Part shown: positions 10,736-24,280 of the stretch, in pieces
Numbering within the stretch: position 1 is the stretch's first letter
Layout of the letters: every line of letters starts with the position of its first letter
NCBI RefSeq assembly: GCF_006345805.1
Contig: NC_043008.1
Coordinates: 49,352,001 to 49,416,000, forward strand
From: Octopus sinensis
Lineage: Eukaryota
DNA: 64,000 bases
Reading direction: 5' to 3'
The notes under the pieces: generated by a model
Database searches by the model: none
The model's input: only the letters and a program-made list of their open reading frames with translations
What the model was told of the DNA's origin: nothing
Made by a program: the position numbers and the translations under genes

Positions 10736-12198
10736 TTACTGTTTTGATGATTACTTTTTTATATCTTTTATGGGTCACATAGAGGCTGATGAGGCAGATT
10801 TTTTACAGACAGATGCTCTTCCTGTTGCTTACCCTCATCTGTCTCTATTTCCAAGCAAGGTAATAGTCACTCTCCGACCCCCAATTCCCCCAGGGCCCAG
10901 ATATCTTTTCTCCAGAAATTGAAAATCAACACCGTCATTTGTGACACCTGTTAACAACCATCATGTGATGTAAAGACCATGTGACATAATAACCCCACCT
11001 CACACACACACATACACAACACGGTCCATTTAACCTGTGCAATCCTTTGAACCATTTATATTCACCTTTTGGTAACTAGAAGGTATGCTATGATACCTCT
11101 TTAGTACCATCTCCCTTTTTCCAAAATGGGATTCCATGTATGTCCCTCCACAGCAAGACACCTATTTCTGACCTCCAACCCCTCCCCCTATCATACTTGT
11201 AACCTTTCATCACCTGACATAAAACCATATCCCCCAATGCTACACCCCCACCCTAGCTCTTTCTTGTCTTGAAAGTCACTTGGTGACCTCACTAGTGCTG
11301 GTGCCACATAGAAACGCACCCAATGCAATCTGTAAAGTGGTTGGTGTCAGGAAGGGCATCTAGTTGTAGAAACCATGCCAAAGCAGATATTGGTGCCTGA
11401 TGTAGCCCTGCAGTTTGTTTGCTTCTGCAGAACCATTCAACCAATTCTGGCACAGAGAAACGGATGTCAAAGAATGATGATGATATATTGTTTGGCAGAG
11501 TTTTAAATAAGTCTTTTTGTATTGTCAAAGTGTCTGTAGACTTTGTCTCCAAACTTTAAAGAATATTTATTCCACTACTGTTATGGTAAATGTGCTGATT
11601 TTTCAGTTTAAAGAACAATTCTAAAAAAAAGAAACAATTTCAAACCAATGAAGAATATTTTTAGACTAATCAAGATAATAACATTAGCTGATTCTTTGCC
11701 TCATTCTTTGGTTGCAGAATAATTTCCTTATCTCTAACAATAAAATGGGTCAGACCTCGCCTTTCAGTTCTAAATATTTGTCTACAAACACCATTCTAGT
11801 CTATGAAACAAAATTCCATTCCAAGAAAAATTTAATAAAATGGTTATCCATTTCAATGAAATTTAACCAAGCTGTAACTTCTTTTATTTATTTGCAATAC
11901 CAGCAGACATTGTCCAAATTAAGTTCACATTACTTCACTCACCCATTTTCAGTCTACCGGAGAATTAAATAAAATGTCTCAAAGTATTTGATTCTCTGAG
12001 TTTAAGTACAAGTCAGATCTTTGCCTTTCATCCTTTTGGTGCCAAAAAATTTGTTTAAATGTACCAAACCAAGGAGGTGGATTGGCAGGCCTTTAAGAAC
12101 ATCAGACCCTGTGCTTTGTGGTGTGGATTGGTGGAATTCTTCTGTGATTTTATTTTTTACCATCAGTGTTCTCAATTCAGTTAATCTTACATAATCTT

Positions 12199-12600
12199 AT
12201 GAGGAGTGGCTGTGTGGTAAGTAGTTTGCTTACCAACCACATGGTTCCGGGTTCAGTCCCACTGCGTGGCACCTTGGGCAAGTGTCTTCTACTATAGCCT
12301 CGGGCTAACCAAAGCCTTGTGAGTGGATTTGGTAGACGGAAACTGAAAGAAGCCCGTCGTATATATGTATATATATATATGTATGTGTGTGTATATGTTT
12401 ATGTGTCTGTGTTTGTCCCCCCAACATCACTTGACAGCTGATGCTGGTGTGTTTATGTCCCCGTAACTTAGCAGTTCGGGAAAAAAGACTGATAGAATAA
12501 GTACTAGGCTTACAAAGAATAAGTCCTGGGGTCGATTTGCTTGACTAAAGGTGGTGCTCCAGCATGGCTACAGTCAAATGACTGAAACAGGTAAAAGAGG
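12199..12600 (+). mobile_element. Full-length SINE A (tRNA head, internal TA/TG microsatellite, 3' body)
   Basis: A-box-like tggctgtgtgg, B-box-like ggttcagtccc; used as the reference copy. Confidence 0.92.
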
Positions 12601-14239
12601 TGAAGAGGTAATCTGCTTTTAATAGACATTTCGGTTGATAAATAGATTATTTAGTTGTTTACTAAGTATAAATCCTACAATATATTCCAAGGAATTAAAA
12701 TAAGGATTTCCTTATTACTGCTGGAACCTTCAAAAACACACAAACGGACTTGGATCACAACAGTGCACCTCATGTACACACTGACTGATTATATAAACAA
12801 ACACTCACACTGCACCAGCTGCATTATAGGACATTATGCAGGATAGTCTCAGAATAGATTAAACCACTGTATATTTTCTGAGGCCTGTTGGTTAATCATG
12901 AATATCTGATTGGGTCACCTCTGTGTTGTTGGTTTATTGCAAATAAACTGGTTAGCTACACAGAATATTGAATCAAAAGTCTTGAATTAAATTCCAGCTC
13001 AAATGGTTTTTTTGTGTGTGTGAAATTCAGGCTGCAAACTAAAGTTGTTTTTATTTCACTTCACCCAGATGCTGGGAATAGTTACTAATTATTTGAAGAA
13101 TGTTTGAGAGATTTTACATTCTGTCCAGGGAGAGATTTGTGCCTCATCTACTTCACATATATTAATTGTTCAGCACCCATAAGCCCTTAAAAGTAATCCC
13201 CCACCCTGGGACTTAAGGAGACATTTACATTTCGTTTTAGATCTACTGGCAACAAGCTGACTACAGTTGCTTAACAATAGTAGCAATGTTACTGTAGCTG
13301 TTAATTAATTATTTAAAATTAATTAAGAATTAAGTAATTTTATATATTTTCTCTCCTGCCTTCATGTCATTCCCTTTCAATTACAAAGGGGTTTATTCTG
13401 AAGAATGACACTTATGTCCAGTGTAGAACCTCCCTGCTGCCCTCTGAATATTCTAGTGTAATTGGATTTTTAGAAAAAGTTAATTGCATACCAGAGATAT
13501 ACACTGGGTATTTAATTTTTTTTTTTTGTGCGTTTCAAATGTAATATATTCATAGGCCATAGAGAAGGTGTTGGCTTTTAAATAGTCTTTAATGTCACAA
13601 TTTAATTTTTTGTTTAAAAAAGCATAGCCAGTGGTGGAAATGGAGAATATACTGGAATGTTTCTTGTATCCAAGATTTGATACATTACCCATTGTGACCC
13701 AGAGGAAAATGCCCCCTCTTCCTAAAAAATGTCAAAACTGGGTTGTTAAAAAAAAGGAAGTTGCTACTCTTTGGTATATATATTATTTCTAGAATTGGTT
13801 TAGAATATCCTTTATCACTGTGTAAATTAGCCTGTGGGTTTGTACAGTTTGTAATTCTTTAATTTTGCTTACTTTCTCAAAAGTAACTGTTGTTTATTTG
13901 GATTAAATCTGATGAACTTGCATTTAGTTAATTCCTTGTAATAGTTCACATCTAATGTCACTTCTTTGCATCAGAAAGAAGGACATTTTATACTAAAGTT
14001 TCTTATAAATACAGCTTTGTATATACTCAATTTCTTGATGTGTATATCAACCATATTTGTGGATAATCCTTGTGGTTGACTTTCAGGATTCAATGGGGTT
14101 GTAAGGCAATTATGAGGGGACAGTGTAGAGAATAAAAATCATTTTGTAGGTAGGCACTGCCATATATTTTCAGTTGCTACACCTTTGGTTTCATCAGTGA
14201 TATGGAAAATGTGGAGAAACATGGCTTGGGCATCAATCT

Positions 14240-14423
14240 TATTTCTTTATTGCCCACAAGGGGCTAAACATAGAGGAGACAAACAAGGACAGACAAAGGG
14301 ATTAAGTCGATTACGTTGACCCCAGTAACTGGTACTTAATTTATCGACCCTGAAAGGATGAAAGGCAAAGTCGACCTCGGTGGAATTTGAACTCAGAACG
14401 TAACGGCAGACGAAGTACCACGC
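14240..14423 (-). mobile_element. SINE B with 15-bp TSD
   Basis: TSD cttgggcatcaatct at 14225-14239 and 14424-14438. Confidence 0.92.
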
Positions 14424-14926
14424 CTTGGGCATCAATCTGTCTCTTGTACCATACTGTCCATGCTTGGGTCCCTTTGAATGCCCTATATGGGAGAGATCCA
14501 TGAATGTTATACAGGAAAGATGGATCTACAGAAAGAACCCCACAACTCAATACAGTACCCACTGCTTGGGTCAGACAAGGGTCATTGAAGCAGATTTTCT
14601 ACAGCTTGATGCTCTTCCTGTCACTAACTTTCTCCTGTTTCCAAGCAAAGTAATGATGTTCCACTAATTTGGACATGTTTCCACAGGAGACTGCAAACAG
14701 CACCATTTCTATAGCAGTTCTACTTGTCTACAGTTAGTGCATAATGTCAAAACAAAGAAACAGAAATATACATACATAGATATGTAGTTAAAATAAAATT
14801 CAGGTAAAAAAAAAATGTAGAATGCTATGCATAGCTCCTCCACAGCTGATGTCAACATACAATGGAAATGCTCCTGCTACTGGATATACATTAGGAATTC
14901 CATAGTATCCATATAGTTTATATAAA

Positions 14927-15547
14927 TAGATAAATGATAGAAAATGGAGTGAATGACATTCTTTGTTTAAAAATCCCTACAATTGTTTTGACACATTTTT
15001 ACACCTGTGATACATTGGCAAGATGTGTAATCGTTACAATACACACAAGGTGTAAAATGCACCCCCTCAGGTGATTGTTTAAATAAATCTTTTGGTAAAT
15101 CCTCTCTTCATTTCACTCAGTGTAAGAATGCTCAAAGGCAGCGAGCTGGCTGAAACGTAGCATGCCGGGCGAAAATGCTTAGTGGTATTTCGTCTGCCGT
15201 TACGTTCTGAGTTCAAATTCGCTGAGGTCGACTTTGCCTTTTAGCCTTTCGGGGTCGATAAATTAAGTAACCAGTTGTACACTGGAGTCGATGTAATCAA
15301 CTTATCCCTTTGTTTGTCCCCTCAATGTTTAGCCCCTTGTAGGCAATAAAGAAATAAGAATGCTCAAGTGAAATGACAGTGGGATCTACTAAAGGACTTG
15401 ATCCCCTAAGGAGGTGCGTTTTACACCTTGGATGGATGATGAGGGTAACCCAACATCTCACCAGTGTAATAAAAGTGTGAAAATGTGTTGAAACGATTGT
15501 AATGATATTGAATAATCTTGTTCATTCCGTTTTCTATCATTTATCTA
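14927..15547. mobile_element. Fold-back (long inverted repeat) MITE with SINE B inserted at its centre
   Basis: Terminal arms tagataaatgatagaaaatgga / tccgttttctatcatttatcta (21/22 match); imperfect symmetry continues inward. Confidence 0.75.
15136..15354 (+). mobile_element. SINE B with 13-bp TSD
   Basis: TSD taagaatgctcaa at 15123-15135 and 15355-15367. Confidence 0.92.
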
Positions 15548-15826
15548 CATAGATTATGTAAGTACACATGTACTTACACATTGCCAAGCTCCTTTTTCAG
15601 TTTCTGTCTACCAAATTCACTCACATGGCCTCGGTCAGCCTGGAGCTAAAATAAAAGGCACTGGCCCAAGGTGACGCGCAGTGGGGCTGAACCCAAAAGC
15701 ATGTGGTTGGGAAGCAAACTTCTTTACCACACGACCATGGCAGTTGGAAAGGAGTAGCAATGGCCAGTGGTGGTTCACTCTGCAATGAACTGGCATACCA
15801 TTCAGAGGTGGGTCCTTGGGTTTTCA

Positions 15827-15840
15827 GTTGCCATGGAAAC
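15827..15840. promoter_or_regulatory. RFX X-box motif
   Basis: GTTGCCATGGAAAC matches the canonical X-box, in non-repeat sequence. Confidence 0.35.
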
Positions 15841-16832
15841 CATGATAAACTCTGGCCTCTTGAGTTCATACGGTTGAAGCAGACGGATATTTGTTTACTT
15901 GAAATACTTGGAATATGGAACTTATCCCTTAAATCTCTCGTTTGATCTTCATGACATTTTCTAAAGACCTCTCTTGGAACTGTTGCATTCTTAGTTCTAA
16001 CCAAAGTTGCATTTAAAAATTCTGAGCCACATTATGTTTCAGTCCTCAACAGAGGATGATCCTCTCCTTAAGGGCCCAGATATTGCTTGCACATTACATT
16101 TATAGCCCCTCATATTCAACTAGACACCACACCACTCACAATAAAAGCTGTCTGCCTGATAGGTAGTGCAATGCCGAAGCTAGGTTTTGAACTTCTAACC
16201 TTTTGGTTTGTAGACCAGTATCCTATCTACCTGATTGGTTGTGATTCTCTAATCAATGAAAATATGGACAAAAATGTAAAACAAATCTATATTTAACATT
16301 GATTTTGTTTTATCTCATTTTTCTAAATCCATCTACTAAAAATAGAATGTAAAAAATATTATCAAACGAGCAAATTTGTAAGTGTATTTTGTTTTTATCT
16401 GTTATCAGTTATATTAAATAGTGTTTTATTTGCTCAGACTAATAAACAGAAAGATTAAAGGATGTTATCTGAGTAAATTTGGGTATATTTTCTGTACAAA
16501 GGCAACAATCAAGTTTCTGGTGACAATTTGTAAAAGAGACTTCAATATTAGGAAATATTTCCATTTGTAAAAACAAAATTACATCCTCCATGTAGCAGGA
16601 CTTATCGACCCATAGACTGTGCCATTCTAAGTCATGGAATCAGTGGACAGCTTACTTTGGATGCTCTACAAGTCAAGGGACCCAATACTTATGTATGTTG
16701 TGACTTGCTGTCAGAGGCTACAAGCTCCATTGTTTTGCTTTGTTTGGGGTCCTATAGGGCTAAGACAGCGCTGCTTAAAGGCATCGTATGTATTTTGATG
16801 GTACACTTAACTCTATACATAGGATGTCTGCT

Positions 16833-16860
16833 CATACCTGTCAAAAATGGGTACTGGATT
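16833..16860 (-). other. Second candidate AG|GT recursive splice site
   Basis: Minus cccatttttgacag|gtatgag, junction 16838/16837; shorter pyrimidine tract. Confidence 0.25.
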
Positions 16861-17099
16861 ATTTGAAAATATGACCTAAGGTAGACTAGCATACTATCCC
16901 GGGGGATTTTTCCTTGCCTGCTTATTAACACTAAGATTATGAAACTAAAGACTCAACCCTTTAAATCATTCACTTGATCATCCAAGTTATTTCTAGGGAT
17001 CTCTCATGGAAGTGTCACATTTGTATGTTGCTAACCAAAGTTGCTTTAAATATTGCTGTTCCACATTATACTTCAGTCCTCAACAGATGAAGATTCTCT

Positions 17100-17220
17100 T
17101 TAACCTTTTCGTTACTGTATTTATTTTGAGATGCTCTGTGTTTCTTTCAATTACTTTAAATATAACAAAGAATTTAGTAAAGTACTTTAGTTATCATTAA
17201 GCTAGTGTTAGGAACATAAA
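17100..17220. mobile_element. Partial TTAA MITE (second family)
   Basis: ttaaccttttcgttactgtattt; shares atcattaagctagtgttaggaacataaa with 17364-17530. Confidence 0.65.
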
Positions 17221-17363
17221 ACACCTCTACATTTGGGCAGATAGGCATTAGAAGCAGTTGGAAGGGTGTGGATTGAAGGAAATTTAGGCTATTATTTCTA
17301 GCATATAGAGCAACCACTCTGAGGTCTCCTTTCTTTTATGTCTTCTGCTGATTATTTTTCTTA

Positions 17364-17530
17364 TTAACCCTTTTGTTACCGTATTTCTTAATTATCATTA
17401 AGCTAGTGTTAGGAACATAAATTGTGACTAAGGTTTGGTGGAATATTTTAGTTCAAAACTTATGAAAACAAGACATTTGTACTACAGAGCCAGAGGCGGT
17501 TTCAGGAGGGGTTGGTATTGAAAGGGTTAA
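17364..17530. mobile_element. piggyBac-like TTAA MITE (second family)
   Basis: TIRs ttaacccttttgttacc / ggtattgaaagggttaa; related fragments near 18570-18643, 52800-52900, 53400-53500 and 57690-57870. Confidence 0.75.
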
Positions 17531-18114
17531 GGCCTCAAATATACCTCCAGGTATAGACCATAATATTCAACTCTACACTAGATCACTTACCATAAAACCT
17601 GTCTGCTTGTTTTAAGGCAAACAACCCACAAACACAAACAACTTCCCAACAAATGACTCGTTGACTCTGTTCAGTTGCATCTTTCTTCACCTGACTCTTA
17701 TTACCTACTGCAGCTTCTCTTCCTCACTTGGTGTCCACTTATTCTGAATCTTCTTGATCCTCTCACATCTTCTTTAACACTACTGCTGTGTCTCAGCTCC
17801 ATATTAAACATTTTATCCAATCTTTCTACTATGGACTTCTGTTCCCTTTGATATGTACTCACTGCTTGTTTCCATCTGTAATATAAAGCAGATCAAACAA
17901 GGCATTACACAGACTAACTTCATCCTGCTGTTTCAATCTTCCAAACACACAAAGACCAAAGAAGGGTAAAAACCAATTTTTACTTCTACTTTTGGAGTTT
18001 TAACACATAGTCTATCTTAGACTGTTCTTGGTTCCTGTTTTTAAAGAGATCTAAATTAGAATTTTCCATAAAAATTTCATCTTAAGTTATGTACCATACA
18101 TCAGATTTGTCGTC

Positions 18115-18545
18115 GTCATTTAATGTCCGCTTTCCATGCTAGCATGGGTTGGACGATTTGATTGAGGTCTGGCGAACCAGGTGCTGCACCAGACACCAAT
18201 CTGATCTGGCAGAATTTCTACAGCTGGATGTCTGTCCTAATGCCAACCACTCCGAGAGTGTAGTGGGTGCTTTTATGTCCCACCGGCACGAAGGCCAGTC
18301 AGGTGGTACTGGTAACGTCCATGCTCAAATGGTGCTTTTTATGTGCCACTTGCACAGTAGCCAGTACAGCGGCACTGGCAATGACCTTGCTCGAATGTTT
18401 TTTCACGTGCCACCAGCACAAGTGCTAGTAGGCGACACAGGTAACGATCATGCTCGAATGGTATTTTTAATGTGCCATCGGCTCAGAGGCCAGCTTGTTG
18501 CTCTGGCCCTGATCTCACTCGTATGCCAGTCATCAAATTTGATTT
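18115..18545 (-). mobile_element. Long family C copy
   Basis: tttaatgtccgctttccatgctagcatgggttggacg..cagctggatgtctgtcctaatgccaacc. Confidence 0.85.
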
Positions 18546-19289
18546 CGAACGACATGTTATTTCACTAAATTCTTCGTTATTTTAAAAATTAATTGAAACG
18601 AAGGCAGTGTATTTCACCAGAAATATGGTGCTGAAAGGGTTAATCCGTTACTGCACCTCCAAGATGCAAGTATTGTCCCCCCACCTTTTTCAATATGTAT
18701 ATATACAGTAACCAGTTGAACAGGACAGGCTTAAGGAATGTCGTTTGTTAGATCTTTGAAAACATTTACATGATTCTTTGAAATTACAACAGAGTAAATG
18801 TCACAATGAATGTAAAGTTAAGATGACTTTGTGTTTCGGGTGACACAGGTTGAATGAGTGTGCATGCAGGTTGTATGCAGTTTTTAATGTTCCTTTTGCA
18901 GCGAAATGCAGTTTGCTCTCTTTTGAGATTTCAGCAGATGTTTTCCTTTCTCGGCTCAGAAAGGTTAAAGACCGATTAATTTTTTTTTCTCTCTATGTAA
19001 ATCTGATGTGGGTTTAGCAGAAACGTAGCATCCCGCTTCCTCCCCAGCCACTCACTCCTGTAAACAGGTGTGAAGTGGCACAGAATTTCCCCTGGCCTAT
19101 CATGTCTGTTAATTAAGGTGAGGTGGGGGGAACCCAACAGTGTCTTCACCTCAGGGTACTGAGAGGACTTGTTACACGACTGTTGTTTGATATTCTTGAA
19201 GAAAAGTGTCTTAGGTGTGTGTGTGACAGAGCTTTGGTTAAAATGTTTTGTCATACAACAGCCATCATCATCAGCAGCAGTAGTGGAGG

Positions 19290-19655
19290 TGCAATGGCCC
19301 AGTGGTTAGGGCAGTGGACTCGTGGTCGGAGGATCGTGGTTTCAATTCCCAGATCGGGCGTTGTGTGTGTTTATTGAGCGAAAACACCTGAAGCTCCACG
19401 AGGCTCCGGCAGGGGGTGGTGGCGACCCCTGTTGTACTCTTTCGCTCCAACTTTCTCTCACTCTTTCTTCCTGTTTCTTGTCCCTGACTTCCTACGCAAC
19501 CGCTGAGCCTGGATGCGCATTCATCTATCTGTCAATGCTCTCGGTGTCGGGGGTTGACCTGCTTTCTCTTCTGCGGGTCTTACGAATAGCAAAGGATCAC
19601 ATTTCGGACTTCTCCCACGAAGACCGATTCGCTCAACAAACAAACAAACAACCAA
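19290..19655 (+). mobile_element. tRNA-derived SINE (family S4) with (CAAA)n tail
   Basis: tggcccagtggttagg A-box, gtttcaattccc B-box, caaacaaacaaac tail. Confidence 0.75.
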
Positions 19656-19956
19656 GCAGCTGCAACATAACATTCACATTTCCCTGCAAAAAAACAACAA
19701 CAAAATTCTCATGCTTCCATTGATCAGACTGAATTCATTGTGAAAGCTTTCCTACAGCTGGGTTGCCTTTCCTGTCACCAACCTTCACCTGTTTCCAAAC
19801 AAGATGACATTTCTCCTTGGCTGGTTACAGCTTTCCTAGAAGATTGGAAATAAATGACACAGATTTCCTATGACAAAGTCATTCATTTACAATCATCACA
19901 TGATGCCAAGACACAGCCAATTATTTATTTGTCTGTCTAGTTGAGTCCAAGACATT

Positions 19957-20195
19957 TACCTATTTCTTTATTACCCACAAAGGGCTAAACATAGAGAGGA
20001 CAAACAAGGACAGACAAACGGATGAAGTCGGTTATATCAACCCCAGTGCGTAACTGGTTCTTAATTTATTGACCTTGAAAGGATGAAAGGCAAAGTTGAC
20101 CTTGGTGGAATTTGAACTCAGAACCTAATATTCAGACTAAACACTGCTAAGCAGTTTGCTCAGTGTTCTAACAATTTTGCCCTGCTCCTTGCCTT
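19957..20195 (-). mobile_element. SINE B
   Basis: B core and tail. Confidence 0.88.
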
Positions 20196-20394
20196 TGTGC
20201 TAATAGTAATAATGCCCTGTGAATCTAGAGGTCACAGGTTATCACATAAGCCTTGTATTCAATGGTTTCTATGGTGATTCAAAAGAGAGAACACAGCAAT
20301 AGTTTCTCATTACATCCCCCTCACCTCTTCTGGCTGTGGGGCAGGTGGAGAGCATTTGAACTTCATCCCAAGAAACCTCGGGATTAAATGTTCG

Positions 20395-20580
20395 GGTTGT
20401 TTGAAATAGCTGTCAAATCTCCATTATATTACAGCCTTTCATATTGAAAAGAGAGGTGCACATTAAATAATAGATGCCCAGATATACAAAGCTTGAGAAA
20501 AAGGGACAAAGTGTTTATATCTGCAGCATAGTTGATGACAGGCCTACTGGATAAGGACTGACCTGTGGTTAAACACACAA
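20395..20580 (+). mobile_element. Unclassified interspersed repeat family F
   Basis: gaaatagc..caaatctcc..gactgacctg(t/g)ggttaaac shared with 41960-42120, 40185-40330 and (reverse) 55150-55270. Confidence 0.5.
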
Positions 20581-20822
20581 AAAAGCAACTAAATCTAATG
20601 AAATACTGATATAAAATATTTGCTTATTACAAAATAAATTATATACAATGATGTATATATAAATCATATACACCCATGGTCTCTTTAAACTACTTAGGCT
20701 TGTGATGTAAACTAACTGTAAACAATCATGGTTTATTATATACACTATGAACTATATACACATATGATGTATATAAGCTATGTACACCCATGGTGTATAT
20801 AAGCTATAAACTATGTGCATAC

Positions 20823-21015
20823 ATGGCTCAGTGGTTAGTGTGTTGCACTCACGATTGCGAGATCGTGGGTTCGATTCCCAGACCGGGCGTTGCATTGTGT
20901 TCTTGAGCAAAGCACTTCATTTCACATTGCCCTGCGATCATTTCATCATCTGACATGTGGCACATGGTGCACCTGTACAGGTAATGTCGATCTGATGGAG
21001 GAAGTAAGCTTATGT
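20823..21015 (+). mobile_element. tRNA-derived SINE family G, 5' part
   Basis: tggctcagtggttag..gggttcgattccc..gtgttcttgagcaaagcactt; related to 49215-49400 and 53070-53393. Confidence 0.75.
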
Positions 21016-21222
21016 CTACACACACATTTCCTTGCATTGTTGAGAATTATTCTGGTGGTTTTCCATTGTCTGAGGACTTTGGCATTTATCAATGTATCAA
21101 TGTAGGATACTTCAGCATTCCTCCAACAAACCACATCTCTGCAACACCAATAAGTTTTGGGCATTTCTTTGTTAATACCAACCAGTTCAATAAATGGTAG
21201 CGCTAATAATTCATATCTTATC

Positions 21223-21379
21223 CATAGAGATGCAATATTCTTTTCTACTCTAAGCATAAGGCCCGGAATTTCTGGAGAGGGGGCCAGTCGATTAGACCAA
21301 CCCTAGTACACAACTGGTACTTAATTCATCGACCCCGAAAGGATGAAAGGCAAAGCTGACTTCATAGAGATGCAATATT
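21223..21379 (-). mobile_element. 5'-truncated SINE B with 17-bp TSD
   Basis: catagagatgcaatatt at 21223-21239 and 21363-21379. Confidence 0.9.
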
Positions 21380-21949
21380 ACAATACTAATTTATTCCTTA
21401 CATACTATGTCTTGATGTTAAATCCACTTTTCTTTCTTTTCTTGTGTTTCTTGACATTTTCAATTCTACACAAATCAATTATAATAATCATAAGACTATA
21501 TCCCTGATTTTCTAAGAATTCTACCTGTATTCTGTCTAGAGATAGATTATCTCTAATCTAGCTTCACAAATTCAACTAATTTATTTCTGTAAATGACCGA
21601 TTGTCTCCCTTTAGACACGATCCTAGTCAACCATGGCTAACATTTTAAAAACTTTTCCCAAAATTCTTCTATCTTTTATCTATGGTTGAGAAATTGAGGT
21701 GTGATTGAAGGGATGTACATTTTCTCTAAGACAAAGTAAAACACCTGTAGTGGATTTGAGCTCCCAACTTACAAGTTGGTGGTCCTTTACAACATTCACT
21801 CACCCATTTCAATTTTGTTAATTAAGGAATGATGATTAAAAGGTCTGTGTTTTTTTTTCTGTCTCCTAATTAAATATTTCAAGAAACTTTCTAAACTATG
21901 GATTACATGACAACCATTTACTTAATTTAGAATCATCATGTTTTACACA

Positions 21950-22530
21950 TACACCTGCATACACACACATGCACATATACACCTGCATACACACACATGC
22001 ACATATACACATGCATACACACACATGCACATATACACATGCATACACACACATGCACATATACACACACTCTCTCACACTAACACATGCTCTCTCTTGC
22101 GCACACACATACACTCTCTCTCTCTCTCTCTCTTTCACACACACACCTACTTTCTCACTCTCTTGCTTGCTTGTTGTCTCTCTCTCTCATTCCATCTCTA
22201 GCTCACTCCTACTCTCACTCTCTCTTGATCTCTGCCTCTCACTCCGCTTCCTCGCTCTCTGTCGCTCCCTCTCTGTCTGTTGCTCCCTCACTCTCTCTTG
22301 CTTCCTTACTCTCTCACTCTCTGCTGCACCCTTGCTCTGTTGCTCTCTCTCTCTCTCTGTCGCTCCCTCACTCTCTGTTGCTTTCTCTCTCTCTCTCTCT
22401 CTCTCTGTCATACCTTTGCTCTCTGTCGCATCCTCGCTCTGTCGCTCTCTGTCACTCACTCTCTTTTTCTCACGCACTCTCTTGCTCATTCTCTCTCTCT
22501 CTGGTCCACACTCCCAAACACACACACACC
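21950..22530. repeat. 28-bp CA-derived minisatellite (x4) followed by degenerate CT-rich repeat
   Basis: cac(c/a)tgcatacacacacatgcacatata units; explains the 300-aa low-complexity ORF. Confidence 0.9.
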
Positions 22531-23075
22531 CTCCATTGTTGATAGTGAAAAACCTTAATCTTAAAACCTTCCACTGTGGACTGATCTACCTATTATATTT
22601 CACCTCCCGCCCACCCACCCCCACCCATTTCCTGGTTCTCTATTCTCAGTCCCACCTTATGTCAGATGAAGGAGACATGACATTGTACAAAAGTCATGTT
22701 GTTGTTGTTGTTGTTGTTGTTTGTATGTCACCCATATCTTTTCTTTTTCTTTTTTTTATTTCTACTCTTTTATTTGGCTTATTTTTCAATATCTTCAGGA
22801 TTGAAATCATTGTCACAAATATTGTGAAGATTACAAAACCCATTGAATTCCACCCATTAAGACTCTACTGAACTGTGGTGGCAGTAGTTATGGCAATGGT
22901 GATGGTGATGATGATGATCTTGTGGCATTCAAACAGTGGGGGCGGTGACGATGGCCCATGTGATGATATCAATGAATATTTCTTACATTGATAAAATCTC
23001 ACCTATTCACATAGGAGAGTGAGGTATATAGTAGTTAAAGATAAGTACCAATATATTACTGGTATTTGTCAATTA

Positions 23076-23311
23076 AACAAGGCGGCGAGCTGGCAGAAAC
23101 GTTAGCACGCTGGGAGAAATGCTTAGCGGTATTTTGTCTGCCGCTACGTTCTGAGTTCAAATTCCGCCGAGGTTGACTTTGCCTTTCATCCTTTCAGGGT
23201 CGATTAAATAAGTACCAGTTATGCACTAGGGTCGATGTAATCAACTTAATCCGTTTGTCTGTCCTTGTTTGTCCCCTCTCTGTGTAGCCCCTTGTGGGTA
23301 GTAAAGAAATA
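23076..23311 (+). mobile_element. Full SINE B with 15-bp TSD
   Basis: ggtatttgtcaatta at 23061-23075 and 23312-23326. Confidence 0.93.
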
Positions 23312-23892
23312 GGTATTTGTCAATTAATCAAAAGTGGGGTGGAATATAATGATGATCAAAAGCAATGATAAAAATCCAGCGTTTCCAAAAATCTGCAAGA
23401 CATGCACACCTGGTCTAAAATTATTTTCCTTTTATGGAAGAATAGAATTTACCTGTACATGCATGTCACTCCTCCCCACACCACTAATGATGTTTGAGGG
23501 AATGACCAATGTTTGTTCCTCAGACGATGTGTGGTGTGGCCCAAGCTGTGTTCCTCCAATCTATCTAACTCAAAACATGAACTCAGATCATGGTGCCTCC
23601 TCAAACCCATGCCAGCATGGACACTGGATGTAAAAATAATGAAGCTGAAGATATGTAAAAGCTTGGTGCCAGGCATTACTGCCAGAACACAAAGAACAGA
23701 AACAAACACTACAAACTGTTCCACGCTCCAGCAATTCCACCAGCACTGGTGTTTGGTCTTGGACTTTATCAAACCCAAAGGATGAAATACAGCCCTTCAA
23801 CCTCACAGATGATTGCACTGTCCCTCAGTAATCTTGTTTCCTATATTAGAACTCTAATTACGTTATAAATATTGCTACCACAGACTTGTGGC

Positions 23893-24280
23893 TGGAGTGG
23901 CTGTGTGGTAAGCAGCTTGCTTACCAACCACATGGTTCCGGGTTCATTCATACTGAGTGGCACCTTGGGCAAGTGTCTTCTACTATAGCCTTGGGTTGAC
24001 CAAAGCCTTGTGAATGGATTTGGTAAACGGAAACTGAAAGAAGCCTGTTGTATATATGTATGTATGTGTGTGTATATGTTTGTGTTTGTTCCCCCAACAT
24101 CACTTGACAACCGATGCTGGTGTGTTTACGTCCCCATAACTTAGCTGTTCGGCAAAAGTGGCCGATAGAATAAGTACGAGGCTTAGAAAGAATAAGTCCT
24201 GGGGTCGATTTGCTCAACTAAAGGCAGTGCTCCAGCATGGCCACAGTCAAATGACTGAAACAAGTAAAAGAGTAAAAGAG
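23893..24280 (+). mobile_element. Full-length SINE A
   Basis: Colinear with 12199-12600. Confidence 0.92.

Noticed and set aside
21012-21200. SEDFGIYQC resembling the Ig DxGxYxC motif
   Set aside because: Preceding LxIxxV strand pattern absent; no splice sites; abuts a SINE
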